Below are positions 24,701 through 33,228 of a stretch of DNA of 36,001 bases, piece by piece (position 1 is the stretch's first letter; each line of letters begins with the position of its first letter). Below the pieces are notes generated by a model that was not told where the DNA came from, ran no database searches, and worked only from the letters and a program-made list of their open reading frames with translations. The position numbers and the translations under genes are program-made. This DNA comes from Candidatus Scatosoma sp. (GTDB taxonomy: Bacteria; Bacillota; Clostridia; Christensenellales; Borkfalkiaceae): assembly GCA_045606365.1 (NCBI GenBank), contig JAZURU010000080.1, positions 1 through 36,001 on the forward strand, written 5' to 3'.

Positions 24701-25273
24701 TCGATAGCCGACGTGCGTGCGCACCTTGGAATGGGTCTGCACGATTACCGATCGCAGCGTATCGTCCTTTTTCTTTCTAAAAAACACGGAAAGCAGCTTT
24801 TTAAAATCCTCGTCGCCGTCGGCGTATGCCTGCTCGAACACGTTCTCTACCGCGCGGCTTTTCAGCGCCAGCCCATCCGCGTCGTCGTCCGCAATGATTC
24901 CAAAACGGTTGCCCACGTCCGTGGCATAAAAATGGGTGCGGATCAGCTTGGCGCAAAAGGAGTGAATGGTAGAAATATCCGCCAGCGGCACTTGGCGGTA
25001 CTGCGCTTTCAAACGTTCCCGTTCCCCCTGCGAGGTGCTGGGATGGTTAATCGCCTTTACCAACGCCTTTCTCAGCTTATCCTTCATGGAGGCAGCCGCT
25101 TTTTTCGTATACGTGACGGCGAGGATTTTGGTGACGTCCACCCCTTCATCGCAAATCAAACGAATCATCTTTTCAATCATCACCGTCGTCTTGCCGCTGC
25201 CAGCGGAGGCGGAAACGATCGTCCTGCCCTTCGCGTCGATCGCATTTTGCTGTTCATCGGTGAACTTACTCAT
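21758..25273 (-). CDS. addA: ATP-dependent helicase/nuclease AddA (UvrD-like SF1 helicase plus C-terminal PD-(D/E)XK nuclease), 1171 aa
   Basis: Walker A SAGSGKTTVM. UvrD motifs VFVDEYQDVNPVQ and TMHASKGLEFPVV. C-terminal nuclease GAIDLLAV...ILDYKYS. Directly follows addB with an 8-nt overlap. Confidence 0.93.
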   Translation of the reverse strand: MSKFTDEQQNAIDAKGRTIVSASAGSGKTTVMIEKMIRLICDEGVDVTKILAVTYTKKAAASMKDKLRKALVKAINHPSTSQGERERLKAQYRQVPLADISTIHSFCAKLIRTHFYATDVGNRFGIIADDDADGLALKSRAVENVFEQAYADGDEDFKKLLSVFFRKKKDDTLRSVIVQTHSKVRTHVGYRQELEGSGQDTDQVFDAVCQEAFDWYVKKCRFYREQLSVLYRVFKDFGRADLCKHCEALMDVLNGWIDAGDLFALAQLPWGKMPSKPKVDPMKDPPKVLAAYRQMERLQDKIKKRMNDTERKVVSTREEERKNFSLAAGLARPLAKFVLRFDDEYMRLKKLRGVLDYNDLEHFALALLGREEISLEMQEKYEYVFVDEYQDVNPVQERIVNGVSGKNLFLVGDIKQSIYGFRGSKSKFFAEKWAEFAADPTANALKLSKNFRSVSPVLDAVNEQFTRIMTKENSEVDYKEDGVMLFGELYEPGKGRVQVHFVGKDDEEEEEHVWGVYSVRENTSFRKAKLSKMAKKIREIIERERMSEYYDVETGTYKRVQYSDIAVLDRWKKGSIAEVIAALAAEGVPVSSESPVNICDFPEIKLLIDLLRLIDNQQQDIPLASVLLSPIGGLTEDDLVAVRLSERAAEDCQKAGSEDGGKEFGQEKRANFRTACQRYVQAHTDETAQKLQAFFSYFKKLRRFAQVADAGEVLTRVIAEKQMEIGLLAGVNGENCLKRIHRFIEETRNPEPLDTHAFLARLKMLDDTIKYCENGGENAVRVMTMHASKGLEFPVVIASNLSRAFREGERDEVWYVDGYGLAPKAYDTEKMTYASTVLRLLHKRNEGLENVRDELNVYYVALTRAQYALHMLFDEESEGADVCYGKSYEDITDFSLWEKYKTEGAGVEIPPVERQALAIEADETLVKEIQRAQAWSYAHPGCENMPAKTSPTALMKLADAQNTSKAAAFFENFDDETTQAAERAARGTDTLVGSAYHAFLEHFDFFRLDGLQGDPLALKTCVEEALAEMRAVAALTEEYLSVLDADKLTEILGNPVFYRLRDVRLYKEQRFMAALPAREVLSVLGERGGADCPACDEEMLLQGAIDLLAVGDGFAEILDYKYSQKGEDALRETYAMQLRLYKMAVAKALNLPVGSVRCTIVNIYRGFEMEL

Positions 25274-28200
25274 TTTCCTCGTCCTCCTCTTTGCGTTTTC
25301 TTACCACCTCCACAATCTGCTTGGAAGAGGTTCTGGGCACGCTACGCACCTCCAAACGCTCTTGGTGGAAACCGCACATACCCCCGAATTTACACCAAGT
25401 ACAAGCGTGGTGCTTGCTGGTTTTGACGGGCGAAGGAGCAACGTAGCCCTCTCTAAGCTCTTTCGTTGCCCCGCGGGAAAGATATACGGCGTAATCTAAA
25501 AAGTCGGTAAACATCTCCCCTGGCATCACGTTGCCGCCGCGGTTCTTTTCCAGCGCAGCGTCGAAATGTTCGCTTTTTTGTTCCCCGGAAATGGTGGTAT
25601 CGCCGCAACGCAGCGCCCCCATGTCCCCGTTTAAAAATCCCTGCATGCGGAACTTCCCCTCTGCTGTTTCCGAAAAGGAAACGGACGCAGGAAAGTACAG
25701 CACGCCCGCAGGAATTTTATCCCCGCGCACCGCGGACATATACAGCTCCATCTGCAATTTCAAGCCGACGTAGTAGCTCTTCGGATCAGCGGTAATCCCG
25801 CCCGTCTTATAATCGACCACCCGCACGTATTCGTCGTTTTCATCCACGCGGTCAACCTTGCCGTGTACGTCGGCGGTGCGAATTTTGCGCTCTTTAGAAA
25901 TGGTGTCAAATGCAGAATCGCACACTTGACGATATACCGCCCTTGCAATCTGCACCCCCTCTTCCAGCAGCTTTTCCGTAGAGTAAACCCCCGCCAAGGT
26001 ATCCTCCCTTGGCAGCAGCTTTTCATCGTTCAACAGCTCCCTGCCCCTATCCAATGCAAGTTTTGCAAAGCTCTCCTCATCCTTTGCGGTACGAATTTGA
26101 TCGGTGATTTCCTCCAACAGCTTGTGGATAAAATTCCCCGTATCGGTGCTGAGCACCGTTTGCTCCTGCCGTTCCTCCAAATACAGCCCGCGGGAGGCAA
26201 AGCATTTATATGGACAATCGAAATAGGTTTCCAAAAGGGACGGGGACAGCGCGCCGTGGGATAAAAACAGCGTCTCTCCCTCCTTGATATATTTGTGTAA
26301 AATCCGTTCCCCATTCACCCCTTCGGGCAGGGCGTTCTGCCTTTCCAACGCCGTGTAGAGGGAGGAAAATTCCCTGCGGGAATCCGTTCTTTTTTCTTCA
26401 TAATCGTTCTTTTGCAGCAGTAGCTGCCTAATGGCAGGCGCTATCGCCCCGCAGCGATAAGCAAAATCGGCGTCAGGGATCTTTTTTTCCTCTTTCAGCT
26501 CTTCGCCTGCCGTTGTGATAAACGAGGATTTTACGTAGCGGAACACGTCGGACAGCGCAGGATCTTCGCCGTTTGAGCCAAGCGCGTACGTCAAATACAG
26601 CCCGTCGGTAAACGTGCAAAGATTTAAGCCCAAGCTTTCGCGGTTCCTCAGGTTAACCTCCTCCACCATCGGCTCTAAATACGCCTGAATTTCTTGCAAC
26701 CTAAGCTTATCCTGATCCGTGATGAGGTTGGCGTCGTCCGAGGCGCGGGGCACGGCGTCCGTCATCCCCAGCGCAAACAGCGTACGCACCCGTTCGATAC
26801 GGCTGTCCGTAAGATCGCCCACGAACACGGCGTCCAGCCGCAAGGGATTCGGCGCAATCTCCGTCGCCTCCAAGCCGTCGGCAAGGATCGTGGCAAAATC
26901 CTCTAAATCCATCGCCTTTTCCCCCGCCAGCAGCTTTGCCTCCGCCAAAACGCCGTCTATCTTCTTTTCGATCTGCGAAAGATAGCTTCTAAGCCCCTCG
27001 TCCTCCGCCTCTAAAACAAGTTCATTCAATACCTGCCCTACGGAAAACGCCTCCATCAGGCTTTCCACCGCTTGGCAGTATTCCTTACCCAAACGCTTGT
27101 CCTTAAACAGCCCCAGCGCCCGTTCCAGCTTTTGCTTGCAATCGTTTAAATAATCGGAGCCCCCAAATTCCTCTGCCGCCGCAGGCTTGATCGGTTTCAG
27201 CGCGCCGCCGCGGAAATTGCCGTGCTTTAACAGATAATTGCGATAATCGTCGCCGTCGCCGAAAAACACGTTCTTCGCCACCCCGTCGATACACGCGGGG
27301 GAAAAGCGTTCGGTCACCGCCTCGATCACGGCAAGGATAAACTTTGAAAGCGGGTGACGCTTTAACGAAATTCTCTCGTCCATCGAATAGGGAATCCCAT
27401 ATTCGGAAAATGCCTTTCGTATCGCCAACGAATATTCGCCTACGTCTGGAACCAGCACCGCGAAATCCCGATAATGCTGGTCCGGGTTTTCCAGCATACG
27501 TTTGCGGATATACACCGCCGCATATTCCGCTTCGCCCGCCCGATCGGGCGCGGCAAAAATACGGATCGCGTCCGTTTCCAAACGCGCCGCCCTTGCCTTT
27601 TCGGAAAGCGACTCCGCCGCAAATAAGCATTGTCTAAGCCGTTCTGCCTCCCCATCTAAAGGAGTGCCGAAATTGTACGCCTTGTATACGCAACGCTTTT
27701 GCTCGGCGTATTGCTGCGCCAGCTGAGCAAACGCGCCGTAGGCTTGGTTTGTATACAGCTCCTCTTCGCCCGCAAGGAAGATGCCCACCACGTTTTTTGC
27801 GTTTTCAATCGCCGCCGCCAGCGTGCGTTTTGCCTGCTTAGTAAAGGACGAATAGCACAGAAAAAATACGTTGGTTTCAGACATGCCCTCGGTATTTTTG
27901 ATACAATCGGGCAACAAGGTCAAATATTTCCCCTCGTCCAAAAAGCCCTCTCTCTTTAAAAACTCGTCATAGCTTTCGTACAAAAGCGCAAGGTCGCTCA
28001 TCTTATTTTTCAAGGCGTCGTCTGGCAAGCGAGCCACCCCCTCTTGCAGCTGCTTAGGGGAAAGCTCGGAGGCGGCAAACTGCGCCAGCTGCTCATAGAT
28101 ACACTTTGCGCCTGCAATCACGCTGCCGCTGGAGGTAAAGCACTTCATCTGCCCCGCCGCTTGCTTTTCCAGCATGATATCCCCCACCGCCATCACAGAG

Positions 28201-28430
28201 CCTTCACGGGAAAGCACCTTTTGATCGGTCTTTAAAAAGCGGGAAAAGGTGGTGACGTTGGTCAACAGCGTACCGCCGATTTTCCGCATCAAGGCGCGCT
28301 CTGCCACCAAGGTTAAACGATCCTCGCAAAAAACGACGTTTTTCTGCCCGAGCTGTTCGTACGCGGCAATCTGCCCTGCCATCGCCTCTAAGCATTCGGA
28401 TAACGTATAAGCGTTTATCAGCTTTACCAT
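25266..28430 (-). CDS. addB: Helicase-nuclease subunit AddB (RexB-like; nuclease plus Fe-S staple, no Walker A), 1054 aa
   Basis: C-terminal PD-(D/E)XK motif HGKVDRVDENDEYVRVVDYKTG. Four-Cys pattern FDCPYKCF ... CTWCKFGGMC (C...CxxCx5C) is typical of the AddB iron-sulfur staple. Gene order addB-addA as in Bacillus. Confidence 0.88.
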   Translation of the reverse strand: MVKLINAYTLSECLEAMAGQIAAYEQLGQKNVVFCEDRLTLVAERALMRKIGGTLLTNVTTFSRFLKTDQKVLSREGSVMAVGDIMLEKQAAGQMKCFTSSGSVIAGAKCIYEQLAQFAASELSPKQLQEGVARLPDDALKNKMSDLALLYESYDEFLKREGFLDEGKYLTLLPDCIKNTEGMSETNVFFLCYSSFTKQAKRTLAAAIENAKNVVGIFLAGEEELYTNQAYGAFAQLAQQYAEQKRCVYKAYNFGTPLDGEAERLRQCLFAAESLSEKARAARLETDAIRIFAAPDRAGEAEYAAVYIRKRMLENPDQHYRDFAVLVPDVGEYSLAIRKAFSEYGIPYSMDERISLKRHPLSKFILAVIEAVTERFSPACIDGVAKNVFFGDGDDYRNYLLKHGNFRGGALKPIKPAAAEEFGGSDYLNDCKQKLERALGLFKDKRLGKEYCQAVESLMEAFSVGQVLNELVLEAEDEGLRSYLSQIEKKIDGVLAEAKLLAGEKAMDLEDFATILADGLEATEIAPNPLRLDAVFVGDLTDSRIERVRTLFALGMTDAVPRASDDANLITDQDKLRLQEIQAYLEPMVEEVNLRNRESLGLNLCTFTDGLYLTYALGSNGEDPALSDVFRYVKSSFITTAGEELKEEKKIPDADFAYRCGAIAPAIRQLLLQKNDYEEKRTDSRREFSSLYTALERQNALPEGVNGERILHKYIKEGETLFLSHGALSPSLLETYFDCPYKCFASRGLYLEERQEQTVLSTDTGNFIHKLLEEITDQIRTAKDEESFAKLALDRGRELLNDEKLLPREDTLAGVYSTEKLLEEGVQIARAVYRQVCDSAFDTISKERKIRTADVHGKVDRVDENDEYVRVVDYKTGGITADPKSYYVGLKLQMELYMSAVRGDKIPAGVLYFPASVSFSETAEGKFRMQGFLNGDMGALRCGDTTISGEQKSEHFDAALEKNRGGNVMPGEMFTDFLDYAVYLSRGATKELREGYVAPSPVKTSKHHACTWCKFGGMCGFHQERLEVRSVPRTSSKQIVEVVRKRKEEDEENE

Positions 28431-28495
28431 AGGTGTTTGCTCCTTGTCTGCATTTGTTTGGCAAATGGGAGAAAATCCCCCCGCCGAACGTTTCT

Positions 28496-28504
28496 ATTAT
28501 ACCA
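28496..28504 (-). promoter_or_regulatory. Candidate extended -10 (TGGTATAAT) promoter for addBA
   Basis: Minus strand reads TGGTATAAT 66 nt upstream of the addB ATG. There is no good -35; the GTGAA-N5-TTCAC inverted repeat occupies the -35 region. Confidence 0.35.
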
Positions 28505-28510
28505 CATTCC

Positions 28511-28550
28511 GTGAATATTTTTCACAAATTTTCAGCGAATTTTCACAAAT
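28511..28550. promoter_or_regulatory. Inverted repeat GTGAA-N5-TTCAC plus two 11-nt direct repeats TTTTCACAAAT spaced 21 bp apart
   Basis: GTGAA at 28511-28515 and TTCAC at 28521-28525. TTTTCACAAAT at 28519-28529 and again at 28540-28550. Confidence 0.35.
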
Positions 28551-28575
28551 ATTTTTCTAAAAACGTATTTTTGCT

Positions 28576-28604
28576 TTTACAATTTAAAAAGAATGTGCTA
28601 TAAT
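28576..28604 (+). promoter_or_regulatory. Candidate sigma-A promoter of the 350-aa lipoprotein gene
   Basis: TTTACA-17 nt-TATAAT with TGC immediately upstream of the -10 (TGCTATAAT). AAGGA RBS before the ATG at 28653. Confidence 0.55.
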
Positions 28605-28652
28605 GAAATATAAGCGGGACGTTCCCGAAATATTAAAAACACAAGGATCTAT

Positions 28653-29705
28653 ATGAAAAAGAAATTCTTTGCGGCGCTGGCGCTGGCGCTTTGCGCATCG
28701 ACAATCACGGCGTGTGCCGCCCCGAATCAGACCGTCACCTTTGCCCCCAATTGGGAATCGAATATCATCTCGGAGGCAAATACCGCTACCACGGAAGAAT
28801 TGTCTTACGAAGTGAAATTCGAAGGGCAGTCTTTCCTGAACAAGGAATATTACACCGTGGAATATTGCGGAAAGGACAACTCGAAGCCCGGCACGTACAC
28901 CACAAAGCTGGAATATTTGGCAGACAACACCTACCGTTATTCCACGTCGCTGACCATCGACGTCACGTTTACTTTGGCAAGCGGTGCATCCGCAACGAAA
29001 ACGGATAGGATTACCACACAAACGACGTTCAAAAAAGCGGATTCTTCCCTGCAGCCGATCAGTTCGCTGAAAAGCGTTCACGCACACTCCCCCAACGATT
29101 ACGCCGCCCTCGTTTTGGAAAACGTCTATAACGACGAGGGCGTGCTGACGGAAAAAGGCGCGTTCACCGAATATCAATACGAATTCAAAATCGAATATAA
29201 GGACGATCTTTCCGGAGGCGTTTTGACCAAGACCGACCTTTCCACGCATAAAACGCTGTTGTTGCCCAAGGACGAGCCGACAAAGACGGTTCCCTTCTCC
29301 ATCACCGATAAAAAGTACACCTATCTGGACAACGAACAGTATCTGTTTGCGTTGCGCGGTATTTCCAGCGAACAGCTTGCCTCCGCAAAGACCGTAAGCA
29401 TGTTCAATGCCTCGCTTGAAGCGATGGAAACGGTGGCAACCACCCCCTCTTCCGCCGCAAAAACCAGCTTTGATCTTATCTTGAACGGCGGCGAGAAAAA
29501 GGGTTATGAAATCGAGTACATTCCCCTCACCATCAAAACGAACAATAAGGACGCCGACCTTGCACAGACCCTCTGGTACGCAAAAACGACGAATAGCAAC
29601 GACAATCTTTACAGAAACGTTCTGTTAAAAATGACTGTACCCATGTCGTACGGCTTGGGTTCGCTGATCTACACCTTGCATTCGGCAAATTTCGCGAAGG
29701 AGTAA
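28653..29705 (+). CDS. Hypothetical lipoprotein, 350 aa, beta-rich, no recognised domain
   Basis: MKKKFFAALALALCASTITAC is a signal peptide with an ITAC lipobox. Has its own promoter and terminator. Ser/Thr/Asn/Tyr/Lys-rich mature part. Confidence 0.85.
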   Translation: MKKKFFAALALALCASTITACAAPNQTVTFAPNWESNIISEANTATTEELSYEVKFEGQSFLNKEYYTVEYCGKDNSKPGTYTTKLEYLADNTYRYSTSLTIDVTFTLASGASATKTDRITTQTTFKKADSSLQPISSLKSVHAHSPNDYAALVLENVYNDEGVLTEKGAFTEYQYEFKIEYKDDLSGGVLTKTDLSTHKTLLLPKDEPTKTVPFSITDKKYTYLDNEQYLFALRGISSEQLASAKTVSMFNASLEAMETVATTPSSAAKTSFDLILNGGEKKGYEIEYIPLTIKTNNKDADLAQTLWYAKTTNSNDNLYRNVLLKMTVPMSYGLGSLIYTLHSANFAKE

Positions 29706-29715
29706 AACTAGAAAA

Positions 29716-29769
29716 TAAAAAGAGCCTTTGGGCAACCCTCTTTTCGGGCAATCCCAAGGCTCTTTTTTT
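29716..29769. terminator. Bidirectional Rho-independent terminator between convergent genes
   Basis: AAAAAGAGCCTTTGGG...CCCAAGGCTCTTTTTTTT: long stem with one bulged T, an A-run on the left and T8 on the right. Confidence 0.75.
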
Positions 29770-29782
29770 ATTCCGCTTTTTC

Positions 29783-30337
29783 TTATTTTTCGTAAACGCT
29801 GCGTTTCAGCACGCCGACGTAAGGCAGATTGCGATATTCCTCTGCGTAATCCAAGCCATAGCCGATAACAAACTCGTCCTCGATAACAAAGCCCGTGTAT
29901 TCGGGTTCGATAGGCGCTTCGCGGCGTTGAGGTTTATCCAGCAGCGTGACGATGTTCAGGCTGGCAGGCTGACGGGCGATCAGCATCTTTTTTAAATGAT
30001 ACAGCGTATTGCCCGAATCAATAATATCCTCTACCAGCAACACGTCGCGATCCTTGATGTCAATGGTCAAATCCTTTTTGATTGTCAGCTCCCGCGAAGA
30101 AACGGTGGAATTTCCGTACGAAGAAACCGCCATAAAGTCCATTTCCATCACCGTTTTCATGCTGCGTACCAGATCGGCAAAAAAGACCACGCTCCCTTTC
30201 AAAATACAGACAACCAACGGTCTACGTCCCTCGTAAAGGCGGTCCAGCTGCGCGGCGAGCTCCTTCACGCGCGCGGCAATCTGTTCTTCCGTGATCATAA
30301 TTTTTTCTACGCTTTCGTACATATCCTGCATATCCAT
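29783..30337 (-). CDS. hpt: Hypoxanthine(-guanine) phosphoribosyltransferase
   Basis: PRPP-binding motif VLLVEDIIDSGNTL. 184 aa. The classical position immediately after tilS. Confidence 0.92.
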   Translation of the reverse strand: MDMQDMYESVEKIMITEEQIAARVKELAAQLDRLYEGRRPLVVCILKGSVVFFADLVRSMKTVMEMDFMAVSSYGNSTVSSRELTIKKDLTIDIKDRDVLLVEDIIDSGNTLYHLKKMLIARQPASLNIVTLLDKPQRREAPIEPEYTGFVIEDEFVIGYGLDYAEEYRNLPYVGVLKRSVYEK

Positions 30338-30343
30338 TCTCCG

Positions 30344-31660
30344 TTATTTTCTTCCATCTATCTTTAGATAGATGATTTTTTTTGTTCGCTCGGTAACCTT
30401 GACGCTTTCCGCAATCTCTACGCCGAAAATCGCCAAGATTTCACCACCATAAGCGAGCAACGGCAAGCCGTCCCGCGCCTCTTTGGGGATTTTGCGGTCG
30501 ATGAAATACTTTTTCAGGCTCTTTTCGCCTCCGCCAAACTTGCGGAAAATATCCCCCTCCCGTCTTGAGCGGATCACTACGCCATAAGGGATTTTTTCGC
30601 CGTCCAGCCGCAAGACGTTTTCGCCGTGTATAGGTTGATTTTTCACCGTCAACGCATACCTGCCCCATGCAAATTCACCGCAAGAAAAAGGAAGGTCAGG
30701 AATATTTGCACGGGTACCTCTATCCAAGTCCCCCCGCAAAAAGCGGATTTTTTCATACGAACGCACGGCGATGATCCCCCGTGGCAGCACAGCCCTCATC
30801 CCCGTCTGCAAAACGCAAAGCTCGCACAGCGCCTGTAGATGTTTTTGGGTATAATTTTTTGTCAGCCCCAGCTTTTTCAAAACGGTCAGGCAAGCCCTAC
30901 GAAAGATCGGCGGCGCATCAATTGATACGCTCCAACCCGTATCCGCAGCGGAAAGAGGGGATTCCCACTCGATCAACCTTTCGCAAAGGGTGTACAGATA
31001 TTCGTCGTCCTCCTTAGCGCGAACGGCAAAGTCCACCAGGTTCCCTCTTGCGCCTGGCACCGCCTCCTCCAGGGCAGGCAAAACGTCCAACCGAATACGG
31101 TTGCGCGCCGCATCCCGCTGAAAATTTGTTTGATCTTGGCGGTAGGGCAGCCCCTTTTGCTCTACGTAAGCAAGAATTTCCGCCTTCGTTTCGTCCAGCA
31201 GCGGACGAAGATATTTTCCTCGTTGCAAGGACATGCCCAGCACCCCCCCCAGCGAAGTGCCTCTGCTCAAACGAAACAACACTGTTTCCGCCCTATCGTC
31301 TTTGTGGTGCGCTAAGGCAACGAAATCGGCTGCGCCCTCGTCCAAAAGCTGTGAAAAGCAGCGATAGCGAAACTCTCTTGCCGCCGTTTCCAAGCTCACG
31401 CCCAAGCTCTTTGCCAGCGCAGGGCAATCCTCGGAAAACAGAGTGAACTTCAGGCGGTATTTCCCTGCCAAATCACGCACAAATGCAGCGTCTAAAAGAC
31501 TATCTTCGCCGCGAATCCCATGCTCGCAATGCACGATGGACAGCGACAGTCCCCGTTCCTCTGCCACCAAAACCAGCTTATCCAGCAGCGCAACGGAATC
31601 CGCCCCGCCCGAAACGGCAACGGCAATTTTTACGTTTTTCGGCAGCTCCTTTGTCAGCAT
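30344..31660 (-). CDS. tilS: tRNA(Ile)-lysidine synthetase
   Basis: PP-loop IAVAVSGGADSVAL. C-terminal TilS motif GGEKSLKKYFIDRKIP. I prefer the ATG at 31658-31660 (GGGAG 8 nt upstream) over the track GTG at 31669. Confidence 0.9.
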   Translation of the reverse strand: MLTKELPKNVKIAVAVSGGADSVALLDKLVLVAEERGLSLSIVHCEHGIRGEDSLLDAAFVRDLAGKYRLKFTLFSEDCPALAKSLGVSLETAAREFRYRCFSQLLDEGAADFVALAHHKDDRAETVLFRLSRGTSLGGVLGMSLQRGKYLRPLLDETKAEILAYVEQKGLPYRQDQTNFQRDAARNRIRLDVLPALEEAVPGARGNLVDFAVRAKEDDEYLYTLCERLIEWESPLSAADTGWSVSIDAPPIFRRACLTVLKKLGLTKNYTQKHLQALCELCVLQTGMRAVLPRGIIAVRSYEKIRFLRGDLDRGTRANIPDLPFSCGEFAWGRYALTVKNQPIHGENVLRLDGEKIPYGVVIRSRREGDIFRKFGGGEKSLKKYFIDRKIPKEARDGLPLLAYGGEILAIFGVEIAESVKVTERTKKIIYLKIDGRK

Positions 31661-31702
31661 GCTTTTCACTCCCTATGCTCGGCGGACAAGCCGCCCCTGC
31701 CT

Positions 31703-33223
31703 TTACGGCAGATCAATTTCGTACAAATCCTTGGGCGGCAGGGACTTCGACGACCCGTCCACCAGCTTTTTCACCGCCGCCGCAGCCTTTTCAATGGATA
31801 CGTTCGTACCCGCGCCCGCGATACAACCGCCGGGGCAGCCCATACCCTCGATCAAGCAGCCGTTTTTCTTGCCAGCCTTGGCAAGCAGCAGCACTTTTTT
31901 ACATTCTGCCAGCCCCTCTGCGTGCTCGATTTTCACCTCTACGCCGGGGTAGTATTCCTGCACACATTTCTCGATTGCCGCCGCAACGCCGCCCGCCACC
32001 GCGTAGCCGCGCCCTGCGCCCGTCGCCTCGTGGATGTTGCGTTCGCTTTGGTATTTGGAAAAGTCCACTTCCCTCGCCGCAAAGATCGCAGCCAGCTCCT
32101 CAAAGGTGATGACAAAGTCCACGTCGCTGCGGACCGTCTTTCTGGACGCCTCCAGCTTTTTCGCCGCACAAGGACCGATGAACACCACACGCGCGTGCGG
32201 CGTTTTCTGCTTGATCCGCCTTGCCGTCGCCACCATGGGGGTCAGCGCCTGCGACACCTGCCCGATCATCTGCGGGAACTGCTTTTTCGCCAGCATCGCC
32301 CAAGCGGGACAACAGGATGTCAAAAGGAAGGGCAGCTTACCCGTGACAACCTCTTCCACGTACGCATGCGCCTCGGTTGCCGCGCCAAGGTCTGCGCCGC
32401 TGGCAACCTCGTGCACCTCTTTAAAGCCGATATCCAGAAGCGCGCCTTTGATGATCGCGGGGGTGATCCCCTCGCCAAACTGCCCCGCAACGGACGGAGC
32501 AAGCTCTGCCACCACGTGGTCCCCCTTGCGGATGGCACGAATCAGCTGGAAAATTTGCGATTTATCCGCAATCGCCGCAAACGGACACGCCACCATACAC
32601 TGCCCGCAGCCAACGCACTTGTCGTTGTCGATTTTCGCTCTGCCCAGCTCGTCGGTAGAAATTGCCTTGATCCCGCAAGCAGCCGAACACGGCCGCACCT
32701 TATTTGCGATGGCGTCGTACGGGCAAGCTTGCTTACACTTGCCGCAATGGATACACTTTTCTTGGTCAATCACCGTTTGCCCGTCGACCACCGAAATCGC
32801 GTCCTTGGGGCAAGCCGCAACGCACGCTTTTGCCACGCAGCCGCGGCATTGGTTAGATACCTCGTATACGTTGTCCGGGCACTTATCGCACGCGGAGGGC
32901 AGCACCTGCATCAGAGGGGGCTCGTAATATTTATCCGAGATATTCGACAGCTCCAACCCCGCGGTGATATGCACGGGCTTGTCCGACGGAGTCAGCGACA
33001 TGCCCATCGCCATACGCACCCGATCCCCCGCGATTGCACGTTCGCGGTACACGCTGTCGCTAAAGCGAGGCACGTCCGTCGGCGTAATCTTAAAGGGAAT
33101 GGCCTCAATGCCGTCGTTCACCTTTTCAGGCTCCGCCTCAAAGGCGACCTTTGCCACCTCTTTAAAAATTTCATGTCTTAACTTTCTAACCGAGGTATCC
33201 AAACCTCTCATCTTCGGTTCCAT
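31703..33223 (-). CDS. [FeFe] hydrogenase (monomeric, ferredoxin-domain-containing; possibly group B type), 506 aa
   Basis: All three H-cluster motifs are present: TSCCPAW (P1), GPCAAKKLE (P2, PCxxKxxE), EGMGCPGGCIAGAG (P3, ExMxCxxGC). Upstream 4Fe-4S motifs CIHCGKCKQACP and CVGCGQCMVACP plus a CRGCVAKACVAACP variant. Confidence 0.85.
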   Translation of the reverse strand: MEPKMRGLDTSVRKLRHEIFKEVAKVAFEAEPEKVNDGIEAIPFKITPTDVPRFSDSVYRERAIAGDRVRMAMGMSLTPSDKPVHITAGLELSNISDKYYEPPLMQVLPSACDKCPDNVYEVSNQCRGCVAKACVAACPKDAISVVDGQTVIDQEKCIHCGKCKQACPYDAIANKVRPCSAACGIKAISTDELGRAKIDNDKCVGCGQCMVACPFAAIADKSQIFQLIRAIRKGDHVVAELAPSVAGQFGEGITPAIIKGALLDIGFKEVHEVASGADLGAATEAHAYVEEVVTGKLPFLLTSCCPAWAMLAKKQFPQMIGQVSQALTPMVATARRIKQKTPHARVVFIGPCAAKKLEASRKTVRSDVDFVITFEELAAIFAAREVDFSKYQSERNIHEATGAGRGYAVAGGVAAAIEKCVQEYYPGVEVKIEHAEGLAECKKVLLLAKAGKKNGCLIEGMGCPGGCIAGAGTNVSIEKAAAAVKKLVDGSSKSLPPKDLYEIDLP

Positions 33224-33228
33224 CTTGC

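Noticed and set aside
23225-25499. Several 177-295-aa plus-strand ORFs inside addA/addB
   Set aside because: They are shadow frames opposite genes that carry helicase and nuclease motifs; none has an RBS or a recognisable motif.
28485-28498. CGAACGTTTC upstream of addB as a possible LexA (Cheo box, CGAAC-N4-GTTCG) site
   Set aside because: Only the left half-site is present; the position where GTTCG should be reads CTATT.
28584-29249. 221-aa minus-strand ORF
   Set aside because: Antisense to the 350-aa lipoprotein gene, which has a promoter, RBS, lipobox and terminator. The translation is Arg/Gly/Cys-rich.
31243-31250. C8/G8 homopolymer inside tilS as a possible phase-variation tract
   Set aside because: It encodes L-G-G-V in frame within an essential housekeeping gene. 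There is no alternative-frame ORF and no contingency-locus context.
31520-33181. 553-aa plus-strand ORF, the longest unexplained ORF in the track
   Set aside because: It is exactly antisense to the hydrogenase gene, whose frame carries multiple Fe-S and H-cluster motifs. The translation is Arg/His/Leu-rich low-complexity sequence typical of shadow frames in GC-rich coding DNA, and there is no RBS.
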